A DNA stretch of 64,000 nt from an uncultured Acidobacteriota bacterium (GTDB lineage: Bacteria > Acidobacteriota > Vicinamibacteria > Vicinamibacterales > CAVVIG01), in assembly GCA_963837345.1 (NCBI GenBank), contig CAWIMX010000001.1, positions 1,539,823-1,603,822 on the forward strand, read 5' to 3'. Within the stretch, counting starts at the first letter, position 1; each line of letters opens with the position of its first letter. Below are positions 38,147-46,480 of the stretch, in pieces. The translations under genes were made by a program, and so were the position numbers. A model generated the notes under the pieces. It ran no database searches and was not told where the DNA came from. It saw only the letters and a list, made by a program, of their open reading frames with translations.

Positions 38147-39893
38147 CTAGCTGGCCGCCGCCTGAGCGGCCTTGTCGTCGCGCGCCGGGAAGCGCATCGT
38201 GAACACGGTGCCCTTGCCCACTTCGCTCTCGACGACGATGGTGCCGTCCAGCTGCTCGACGATCCGCTTGCTGATGGCGAGGCCCAGCCCGAGGCCGCGC
38301 CGTTTCGTCGTCACGAAGTCCTCGAAAATCGCTCCGAGGCGCTCCGGCGGAATGCCCGATCCGGTGTCGGCGACCGTCACCACCACCTGGTCGCCCTGCC
38401 GGGCCGTCCGGATGGTGACCTTGCCGCCCGGCTGCGTGGCCTGAATCGCGTTCGTCACCAGGTTGCGATAGACCCGGCCGAGCGCGAAGCGGTCGCCCTC
38501 GATGACGAGCGGCCCGGTCGCGTAGTCGGTCTCCACGGTCACGCCGTTCCGCTCGCCCTCGGGCTTCATCGGATCGACGATCTCCGCGACCGACACGTTG
38601 ACGTCCATCGCAAACCGCTCGATGGGCTTGGGCTTGACGATGTTGCGCAGGTCGTCCATGAAGCGGCGGAGCGTCTCGAGCTCGCGCTCGATCGTGCGGT
38701 GGAACAGGTCGCGCGATTCGGCGTCGAGGTCGTCCCGGAGCAGCAGGCGGGTGCTGTTGCCGATGTTCTGAATCGGATGCGACAGATCGTGAACGAGTCC
38801 GGCGGCCACGCGGCCGAACATGGCATGGCGCTCCTGACGCTTCACGTCTTCCTGCAGCTCGACCAGACGATCCGCCATCGTGTTGAACGACGCGCCCAGT
38901 TCGCTGAACTCGTCGCCGGTGTCGATCTCCACGCGGGTGTGGAGATTCCCTGCGGCGATCGAATGAGTGCCGCGCTGGAGCTTGTAGATCGGATGGATCA
39001 TGAAGCGCCGGCCGAAGAAGTAGCCCGCCGACACCATCACGAGCAGCCCGAGGGAAATCGCCACCACCAGCTGGCGCGCGAGCTCGGTGGACGTCGCAAA
39101 GGCCTCGTTCGTCGGCTGTTCTACCACGACCGTCCATCCGAGCGCGGGAATCGCGGCGCCGACGGCGAGCATGTTTCTGCCCGCCGCATCGGTGTACTCG
39201 GCTTCGGTCGGTCCGCCGCCAAAGAGCGGATGATCGCGCATGTTGGCGGACTGCGCCACCAGGGCCTTCTGGTCGGGATCGCCGTGTGCGATCAGATCGC
39301 CGTTCGGCGCGAGCACGAGGGCATAGCCGCGCTGGCCGAGGCGGATCTGATCGACCATGCGCCACATCTCTTCGAGGCGGAATTCGCCGACCAGCCACCC
39401 GGCCGGACGATTGAGTCGCAGGAGATGGATCGCGAACACCGTGGTCGGCAGCTGGTCTTCGTCGAGCTCGATGGGCGACATGCTGACGCCTTCGAGCGCA
39501 AGCTGGCGGTCCGACTCGGCCGGAATCCCGGTGCTCGGCGGCCCGACGCGGCTCGTCGCCAGGACCGAACCGTCCTCGTTGAAGAGCGTGACCTCGCGGA
39601 ACTCCCGGAACTCGAGGACGTAGTTCTTGAGGATGCGGTCCTGCTGCCAGCTGGCGAGCTCGGTATCCTGCAGGTCGGCCGAGAGCGCTTTGAGAAGCTT
39701 GGCGTTGGTGCTGATGTAGCGGCGGATTTCCTCGGCGGCGCGTTCGGCGACGTTCTGCATTGCCCGCGATGACCGATTCCCGCGTGCCGCGCTGCAGGGA
39801 CACGATCGAGACGATGCCGTAGACGACCAGGGGCGCGACGGCGGCGACCGCCAGGAGCAGGGCGAAGCGGGTGGCGATGTGTCGGATCGTCAT
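38147..39893 (-). pseudogene. sensor histidine kinase (TM, periplasmic domain, TM, HAMP, HisKA, HATPase_c), one +1 frameshift at about 39757-39780
   Basis: TM1 MTIRHIATRFALLLAVAAVAPLVVYGIVSIVSL is in the frame of ORF 37587..39893. The rest (MQNVAERAAEEIRRYIS..., HAMP, H-box AAGLVHDLSHPIQNI, G-boxes DTGSGIP / GLGLGLAI) is in 38147..39760. A GATTC lies at 39775-39779. Confidence 0.8.
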
Positions 39894-39909
39894 CGCGGCG
39901 GGGAACGGA

Positions 39910-41383
39910 TCAGTTTTCGCTGGACATCATCGCAGCTTCGTCGGCCGGGCGCCAGAGGCGCAGATACGGCCAGACGTCGGCGCCGACGTTGGGCAGCGTG
40001 AACCGGTTGCTCACGGCCCGGATGCGTTCGCCCCAGGCCAGGAAGATGGCGGGCGGGTCGGCGGCAATGGCACGCTGAAAGGCGGCCACGCCTCCCTTGT
40101 AGTCATCGTCGCTCGTGGCGTGCCGAATGGCGTCCAGCGCCGTGTCCACGGCCGCGTCGCTGTAGTGTCCAAAGTTGACTGGACCTCCCGTGTGCCAGAA
40201 CCAGATAGGGTCGCACCAGATTCGGACCTTGAACAAAGTCCGAGAGGATGGCGTCGAAATCGCCGGCCTCCCATTCGGCGACCACGGTTTCCGGCGGGAG
40301 CGCCTCGAGCTGCAGGTCCACGCCAACTTCGACGAGCTGCTTCTGGAGCGCCAGGGCGAGGCGCTCCCTGGACGCGTCGGCGCCGAAGAGACACTTGATG
40401 GTCAACGGGTGCGCCGCGGTTCCGAGCGGTGTCGGATCGTAGACCCCCTGGCCGACAGCGGAATCGTACGCCCAGTGGTCCGGCCAGACTGGCCCGTCTG
40501 CGGCCGTGGCGTGTCCGTCCAGGCCCTCAGCGACAAGGCGATTCCTGTCGATGGACGCGTTGATTGCCTGGCGCACCTTTGCCGATCGGAGCTGCGGCTT
40601 GTCAACATTGAGGATGAGCATGTGTTGATAGGAGCTGCGCATACGGAATATCGAGACGCTCCGGGATGGCTGCAGCGAGTCGTACGCCTCGAGGCCGACT
40701 TCATACAGCATGTCGAGCTGGCCTCTCAGGAGCTCCGCCCACGCCGCACGAGCCGACGGATAGGGCCTCATGACGATCTTGTCGATGGCCGGCCGGCCCA
40801 GGTAGTAGTTGTCGCTGGCGGTCAGTTCAATCGTCTGGTCAGCGGTCTTTTCCAGGTAGAACGCACCACTTCCATCGGTTGGCGAGTCGTGTTTCCGGAT
40901 GGGAACGTCCAGCGCTTCGATCAAGAAGGCCGAAGGCTGCTTGAGTGCAACTTCCAACTCCGTCTCGGACAGGACGCGAACCTCGCGGATGTCCTCGAAC
41001 GCAGGGCCGAGCGTATTGGGAAGTTGGCTCTCGAGCGTGTCTCGAACCGCCTTGGCGTCGAGAGGGGAGCCGTCGTGAAAAGTGGCGCCCTCGCGGATGT
41101 GGAACACCCACTTGAGCGAATCTGGCGAAATGGACCAGCGATCGGCGAGCCATGGCATCGCACGACCGTCGCCCCCGGGTCGCACCAAGCCTTCGAGCAC
41201 GGCATACGCGGCGGCCTGTTGCATGCCCCTCGACGGATCGGTAGTTGGAAGGGGACCGAAGCCGACGCGCAAAGTCGTCCGAAGCTCCGACCGAGCGTCC
41301 TGAACTTCGGGACGGGCGCAGGTGGCCAGGAAGATCAGGAAGACCGGCGCAAGCGGGCGCCAAAACTTCCTGATCTCACCCAT
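39910..41383 (-). pseudogene. ABC-type family-5 (Opp/Dpp-like) substrate-binding lipoprotein, orphan, one +1 frameshift at 40219-40223
   Basis: Lipobox FLATC. LADRWSISPDSLKWVFHIREGATFHDGSPLDAKAV is typical of SBP_bac_5. The C-terminus continues in ORF 39910..40326 (WFWHTGGPVNFGHYSDAAVDTALD). Removing one base of GAATC gives QGPIWCDPIWFWHTGG. Confidence 0.8.
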
Positions 41384-41398
41384 GCCCTACATTATCGG

Positions 41399-41497
41399 CT
41401 ACTTCGTCGGGTTCCAGCCACCGTCGTCCAGGAACGTGGTGCAGTAGTTGCTCGGTTTCGCCTTGACCGTACCCTTGTTGACGACCTTGATTTTCAT
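41399..41497 (-). CDS. candidate RiPP precursor peptide, 32 aa (unannotated small ORF)
   Basis: Hand translation gives MKIKVVNKGTVKAKPSNYCTTFLDDGGWNPTK*. GGGAG lies 7 nt upstream. The ORF starts 11 nt after the rSAM stop and ends 15 nt before the SBP start. Confidence 0.55.
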   Translation of the reverse strand: MKIKVVNKGTVKAKPSNYCTTFLDDGGWNPTK

Positions 41498-41508
41498 GAT
41501 GACACTCC

Positions 41509-42942
41509 CTACGCGGCGCTAGCCACGTCATGGGCCAGCGAAACAAGCGCCGATTCAAACGTTCGCTTGTGACATGTCGGCGCGTTCATGTCGCCAAGCT
41601 GGATGTGCGACGCGGTCACGCAACCGCCGGCGCAGACCGGGATGAAGGCACACTCCCCGCACTCTTTCCACGGACTCAGCCGCAGAAACCGCTCCCGGAC
41701 CGACTCTCGCGCCGGATCGCGGCGGTCGTCGATATGACCGACCGACATCGCCTGCTCGCCGGTGAACCCGGGGCAGGCGTAGAGAGAACCGTCTGGTCCC
41801 ACCGTGCGCGCGTTGCTGTAGTGGACGTGGCACGGGCCCACGTGAACGCCGTCGGAGGTGGCGAAGCCGTGCTTCTTCGTCTCCTCGCGCAGGAAATCCA
41901 TCTTGTCGTCGAGCAGGTTGCAGGCGTCGCAGCTCGATCCACCGCCCTTGCCCACCGACGTCATGCACGTGCCGTTCAGCGAATTGGCCGGCTTGCCGTC
42001 GGCGCCGACCGGCGTCAGCGCGATCATGCCCGTCGCGCTGACAGTGGCCGGAGCCGGCGCGTTGTCTTCCCGCACGATCGGCTTGAAGCTGACGCGCATC
42101 AGCCGATCCGCGAACTCCTGCTCCTTCAGGAAGTCGAGGAGCTCCGGAAAACTGTCCATCGACGTCTCGTCGAAATTGCCCCCGATGTTGATGCGGACCC
42201 TGTGGGCCACCCGGCGGATGTTATCGATGATGCGGTCGAAAGTGCCCTGGCCGCCACGGAGCGGGCGCATGCGATTGTGCGCGTCGCGGTCGCCGTCGAG
42301 CGTGATCTTGACGCTCTGCAGTCCCAGGGGCGCCAGCCGATCGACGATCTCTTCGGTGAGCAGCAGCCCGTTGGTGATGATGCTGATCCGGAGCGGCAGT
42401 CCCCGCGTTTCCGCCGACCGGTGCACGCGCTCCGACAGGTAGTACAGAACCGGGAGGTTGAGGAGCGGCTCGCCGCCAAAGAACGTGAGCACCACCTTCT
42501 CGGGGCCGACGCGATCGAGCTCGCGGTCGATCCAGGCCGCGACTTTCACGGCCGTCTCGATCGACATCTTCTCGGCGAACTTGTTGTAGTCGCCGTGGTC
42601 GCCCTGGTAGCAGTAATCGCAGGCGAAGTTGCACTGGAGGGTCGTGAGCACCGTGACGTTCAGCTCCGACCGATCGTTCCGCACCATGTCGAAGTACCGG
42701 TCGAGCGACTGATGATCGACCTCGCGGCCCGCCACCAGGAACCCGTTCTCGGCCAGCACTTTCACCGCGTCCCGCTCCTCGTCGGAGAAGCCGCCCGGCT
42801 GTGACGCGGCGGTCGCGCAGCGATCGAGCAAGTCGGCCACGTCCGTCGAGACCACAAGCTGCGCGTCGGTCAGCGTGTTCATCAGGAACACTTCGTTCCG
42901 CTCAGGGAGCGGCACGCGCAGGTTGAACATCGACGGTTGCAT
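41509..42942 (-). CDS. radical SAM/SPASM domain peptide-modifying enzyme (477 aa) with an about 100-aa N-terminal RRE-like extension
   Basis: CNFACDYC (CX3CX2C) at residues about 104-111. FFGGEPLL. C-terminal Cys-rich SPASM region (CDACN..., GPCHV..., YACPG..., CGECAFIPVCAGGC). ATG 42942 follows AGGAG. The track Met at 43068 would cover the promoter. Confidence 0.9.
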   Translation of the reverse strand: MQPSMFNLRVPLPERNEVFLMNTLTDAQLVVSTDVADLLDRCATAASQPGGFSDEERDAVKVLAENGFLVAGREVDHQSLDRYFDMVRNDRSELNVTVLTTLQCNFACDYCYQGDHGDYNKFAEKMSIETAVKVAAWIDRELDRVGPEKVVLTFFGGEPLLNLPVLYYLSERVHRSAETRGLPLRISIITNGLLLTEEIVDRLAPLGLQSVKITLDGDRDAHNRMRPLRGGQGTFDRIIDNIRRVAHRVRINIGGNFDETSMDSFPELLDFLKEQEFADRLMRVSFKPIVREDNAPAPATVSATGMIALTPVGADGKPANSLNGTCMTSVGKGGGSSCDACNLLDDKMDFLREETKKHGFATSDGVHVGPCHVHYSNARTVGPDGSLYACPGFTGEQAMSVGHIDDRRDPARESVRERFLRLSPWKECGECAFIPVCAGGCVTASHIQLGDMNAPTCHKRTFESALVSLAHDVASAA

Positions 42943-43023
42943 GAAATCTCCTGTGACTCGGGGCTTTCTGGGAAACGCTGGGACGGATTCGATGGATATG
43001 GCCCTCGCGTTGCGACCAAACTT

Positions 43024-43039
43024 TGCAACCGGTGTTCCA
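43024..43039 (-). promoter_or_regulatory. candidate sigma-54 (-24/-12) promoter of the rSAM-peptide operon
   Basis: The reverse strand reads TGGAACACCGGTTGCA, with GG and GC at consensus spacing (TGGCAC-N5-TTGCA), about 80 nt upstream of ATG 42942 and downstream of the sigma-54 activator gene. Confidence 0.55.
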
Positions 43040-43150
43040 TCCGCGCACGCGAAAACCACGCCGTTCACAAGGACGCGAGTTCATTCAGGAAATGCGCGCG
43101 TGCCGGCGGCAGGCGCGCGAACGCGCTCGGGACGAAACGTTCACGACACG

Positions 43151-43164
43151 GACAAGTAGTTGTC
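43151..43164. promoter_or_regulatory. palindrome GACAAGTAGTTGTC (candidate enhancer/UAS)
   Basis: A perfect 5-4-5 palindrome about 115 bp upstream of the -24 element. Related arms GAGACAAC (43228-43235) and GTTGTCTC (43259-43266) are nearby. Confidence 0.3.
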
Positions 43165-43269
43165 CGCAGCGATCGCTCAGGTCGGGCGATCGGCCGTTAT
43201 CGATGTGTAATCAGGGAATTGCGGCGAGAGACAACACGTTGGCCGGACGAGTCAAGTTGTTGTCTCAAG

Positions 43270-44658
43270 TCAGGCGCCGCGCAACCGCTTCGCAAGTTGT
43301 CGCACGTCGAGCTTGTCCATCTTGTATTTCAACGTGCTCAAAGGTATTCCGAGGTACTCTGCGGTCCCTGTCACGTTCCAGCCGCACCGCTCGAGCGCTC
43401 GCAGGATGAAGTTGCGCTCGAACGTGTTGGTGGCGTCCTCGAACAGGCTGTCCGACGAGGAACCCACCGGCTCGAGCTGAGCGAAGTGGAACTCGAGGGG
43501 CAGGTCCTCTTCCGAGATGAAGGTCTTGTCGCTCACCGCGACCAGGCGCTCGATGAGGTTCTCCAGCTCGCGGATGTTGCCCGGCCACCAGTACCGTTTG
43601 AGCATCGCCATGGTGGCGTCCGTGATGCCCTGAATGTTCTTGCGAAAACGGCCGTTGTAGCGCTTGAGGAAGAACTCGGCGAGCTGCGGCACGTCTTCGG
43701 TCCGCTCGCGCAGCGGCGGAAGCTTGATCGGGATGACGTTCAGCCGGTAGTAGAGGTCCTCGCGAAAGCGGCCTTCCTTCACGGCCTTGTCGAGGTCGAT
43801 GTTCGTGGCGGCAATGAGACGAAACTCCGTCTTGATCGGCTTACCGCCCCCGACGCGCTCGATCTCGCCCTCCTGAATCGCGCGCAGCAGCTTCGATTGA
43901 AGATCGAGGCGCAGATCGCCAATCTCATCCAGGAACAGCGTGCCGCCCGAGGCGAGCTCGAACTTCCCGAGCTGCTGCCGAAGCGCTCCGGTGAAGGAGC
44001 CGCGCTCGTGGCCGAAGAGCGTGCTTTCGACCAGTTCGCGCGGAATCGCGGCCAGGTTGACGGGGATGAACGGCGACTCGGCGGTGCCTGATGCACGGTG
44101 GATCAGGCGGGCCAGGAGCTCCTTGCCGGTCCCGCTCTCGCCGAGGATCAGGACCGTCGCCGACAACTTGGCGATCTTGTGGACGAGATCGATGATCTCG
44201 CGGGTGATGCGACTCGGCCCCACGATGAACTCGCGCTCCGACTGATCGGCCACCTGGGCGCTCAACGTCAGCACCTGGCGGTTGAGGTCCTGCCGCTCGC
44301 TCGCGTTGCGCACGAGCGATCGCAACTGGTCGTAGTCGAAATCCTTGTTGATGTAGTGATAGGCGCCGTGCTTCATTGCCTGCACGGCCGTCTCGACCTC
44401 GTTGATGGCCGAGATCATGATCACCTCGATGAGGCTGTAGTTCTCCTTGACGATGCGCAGAACTTCGAAGCCGCTGATCCCGGGAAGGCGAACGTCGAGC
44501 AGCATGAGGTCGACGTCTTCGCGATTCAGGATTGGCAGGGCCGCCTCGCCGCTGGCGACCCGCAGAACGCGGTACTCCCGCTTGAGGATCGCCGTCAGCG
44601 TGTCCCGCATCCCCTCGTCGTCGTCCACGACGAGCACGGTTTTGGGCTTCTGGCTCAT
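43270..44658 (-). CDS. sigma-54-dependent Fis family response regulator (REC, AAA+, HTH; NtrC class)
   Basis: REC KTVLVVDDDEGMRDTL...DLMLLDVRLPGISG. Walker A LGESGTGKE, GAFTGA-like GSFTGA, ESTLFGHE. C-terminal HTH AEYLGIPLSTLKYKM. ATG 44658. Confidence 0.9.
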   Translation of the reverse strand: MSQKPKTVLVVDDDEGMRDTLTAILKREYRVLRVASGEAALPILNREDVDLMLLDVRLPGISGFEVLRIVKENYSLIEVIMISAINEVETAVQAMKHGAYHYINKDFDYDQLRSLVRNASERQDLNRQVLTLSAQVADQSEREFIVGPSRITREIIDLVHKIAKLSATVLILGESGTGKELLARLIHRASGTAESPFIPVNLAAIPRELVESTLFGHERGSFTGALRQQLGKFELASGGTLFLDEIGDLRLDLQSKLLRAIQEGEIERVGGGKPIKTEFRLIAATNIDLDKAVKEGRFREDLYYRLNVIPIKLPPLRERTEDVPQLAEFFLKRYNGRFRKNIQGITDATMAMLKRYWWPGNIRELENLIERLVAVSDKTFISEEDLPLEFHFAQLEPVGSSSDSLFEDATNTFERNFILRALERCGWNVTGTAEYLGIPLSTLKYKMDKLDVRQLAKRLRGA

Positions 44659-44748
44659 GGGGGTGAGCTGCGCGAGCGGGCGTATTGTGGCAGGCCGCGA
44701 GGGGGGAATCAAGAAACCGTTGTCGCAGATTGTCGGCGTGTCCGCGCC

Positions 44749-44778
44749 TTGACAGGGCGGCGAAGCGTCCGCTAAGGT
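44749..44778 (+). promoter_or_regulatory. sigma-70-like promoter candidate (TTGACA, 18-nt spacer, TAAGGT)
   Basis: Perfect -35 hexamer at 44749-44754 and a TAnnnT -10 at 44773-44778, upstream of the small ORF and lpdA. Confidence 0.4.
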
Positions 44779-44785
44779 ACGGCGT

Positions 44786-45028
44786 TTGTTGGCTTTATCG
44801 TGGTTGCTCACCGCCGCCGCACTCGTGGCTGCCGTGGCCGCACTGGTGCGGGCGCGTCGTCTGGCCCGACGGTTGGAGCAATTGACCGAGTCTTACTGGG
44901 AGCTTCGGTACGAGCAGGGCCAGATGCGCGCTCGCATCGGTCGGCTCGAACCGGGCCCTGCCGCGCCCGAGCCGACGGCCGCATCGGTCCCCACCACCTT
45001 CGTGCCCCTTTCTTCGATCAAGCGTTAG
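44786..45028 (+). CDS. hypothetical small membrane protein
   Basis: 80-aa ORF, TTG start, one TM (LSWLLTAAALVAAVAALV) then a coiled-coil-like segment. Weak support. Confidence 0.35.
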   Translation: MLALSWLLTAAALVAAVAALVRARRLARRLEQLTESYWELRYEQGQMRARIGRLEPGPAAPEPTAASVPTTFVPLSSIKR

Positions 45029-45036
45029 CGCCGACC

Positions 45037-46470
45037 ATGCCAGCGTCCAGCGAATACGACGTCGTCGTGATTGGAGCGGGAACCGGCGGCTACGTGGCGG
45101 CGATCCGCGCCGCGCAGCTCGGCCTGAGCGTGGCGGTGGTGGAAAGGCAGAAGGCGCTCGGCGGGACCTGCCTGCTGTGGGGTTGCATTCCCACCAAAGC
45201 GCTGCTCGAACACGCTCACGCCCTCAAAGTGGTCCAGCACGCCGGCGAGTGGGGCGTAACGGCGGGCGGCGCACCGATCCCCGCGGCGGCGATCGACATG
45301 GCGCAGGTGCAGGCGCGGAAGAACAAGATCGTGGCGGGTCTGTCGAAGGGCGTCGAGTTCCTGTTCAAGAAGAACAAGATCGAACGGATCGAGGGGACGG
45401 CTCGTCTCGCCGGGCGCGGGAGCGTGGAGGTGAGCGGCGCCGAGTCTCGTGCCCTTCGCGCGCGGAAGGACATCATCCTGGCCACGGGTTCCGCTCCCCG
45501 TGGGGTGCCCGGCATCAAGATCGATCGGAAGCGCGTGATCACCAGCGACGAGGCCGTCGGGCTGGCGGAGGTGCCGAAGGCCGTCGTGATCCTCGGCGCG
45601 GGGGCGGTCGGGGTCGAGTTCGCGTCGATCTTCCGACGCTTTGGCAGCGAGGTCACGATCGTGGAGCTGCTGCCGCGTCTCGTCCCGGTCGAAGACGAGG
45701 CCGTATCCGCCGAGCTGGAAAAGTCGTTCCGCAAGCAGGGGATTACGAGCCACACAGGCGCCCGCGCGACCGGCGCGCGAGCGGCGGCCGCCGGGGTCGA
45801 GGTGGACGTGCAGCTGGCGGACGGCTCGCACAGGACGCTGCCGGCCGACTACCTGCTGGTGGCCACGGGCCGCGGACCGGTCACCGACGGTCTCGACATC
45901 GAGCGGGCGGGCGTGGACGTCGAGAAGGGCTACGTCAAGGTCGACGCGCTCTATCGCACGACCGCGCCCGGCATCTCCGCGATCGGCGACGTCATCACCC
46001 TCGGCGGCGGCGCGCATCCGCAGCTCGCCCACGTGTCCTCGGCGGAAGGGATCGTGGCGGCGGAACGCATCGCGGGACGCGACGTCCGGCCGATCAACTA
46101 CGACCACGTGCCGGGCTGCACCTACTGCGATCCGGAGATCGGCAGCGTCGGGTTGACCGAGCAGGAAGCCCGCGACCGTGGCTATGACGTGCGGGTGGGC
46201 ACGTTTCCCTTCGGCGTGCTGGGGCGCGCGAAAATCGCCGGCGAACAGGAAGGCTTCGTGAAGATCGTGGCCGAAACGAAGTACGACGAGCTCCTGGGGG
46301 TTCACATGATCGGACCGCGGGCGACCGAGCTCGTCGCCGAGGCGACCGTCGCGCTGCGGCTCGAGTCCACGGTCGAGGAGCTGATCCGCACGATTCACGC
46401 CCATCCGACGATGGCCGAGGCCATCGGCGAGGCGGCGCACGCCGCTCACGGCGCCGCCATTCACATATAG
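45037..46470 (+). CDS. lpdA: dihydrolipoyl dehydrogenase (E3)
   Basis: YDVVVIGAGTGGYVAAIRAAQLG...GGTCLLWGCIPTK (redox-active disulfide). 477 aa. C-terminal HAHPTMAE. Confidence 0.92.
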   Translation: MPASSEYDVVVIGAGTGGYVAAIRAAQLGLSVAVVERQKALGGTCLLWGCIPTKALLEHAHALKVVQHAGEWGVTAGGAPIPAAAIDMAQVQARKNKIVAGLSKGVEFLFKKNKIERIEGTARLAGRGSVEVSGAESRALRARKDIILATGSAPRGVPGIKIDRKRVITSDEAVGLAEVPKAVVILGAGAVGVEFASIFRRFGSEVTIVELLPRLVPVEDEAVSAELEKSFRKQGITSHTGARATGARAAAAGVEVDVQLADGSHRTLPADYLLVATGRGPVTDGLDIERAGVDVEKGYVKVDALYRTTAPGISAIGDVITLGGGAHPQLAHVSSAEGIVAAERIAGRDVRPINYDHVPGCTYCDPEIGSVGLTEQEARDRGYDVRVGTFPFGVLGRAKIAGEQEGFVKIVAETKYDELLGVHMIGPRATELVAEATVALRLESTVEELIRTIHAHPTMAEAIGEAAHAAHGAAIHI

Positions 46471-46480
46471 AATCAAGGCC

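Noticed and set aside
38147-39760. Treating the histidine kinase as an intact cytoplasmic protein starting at Met 39760
   Set aside because: A typical TM1 (MTIRHIATRFALLLAVAAVAPLVVYGIVSIV) is encoded immediately upstream in the +1-shifted frame. The protein also has a second TM before HAMP. A frameshifted membrane sensor is more parsimonious.
37360-39893. Repeat-containing proteins predicted through the 90-bp repeats (37360..37950 and the tail of 37587..39893)
   Set aside because: The kinase frame terminates at 38147 before the repeat. The repeat is open in several frames simply because 90 is divisible by 3 and GC is high. The 81-aa ORF has its own SD and ATG at 37605.
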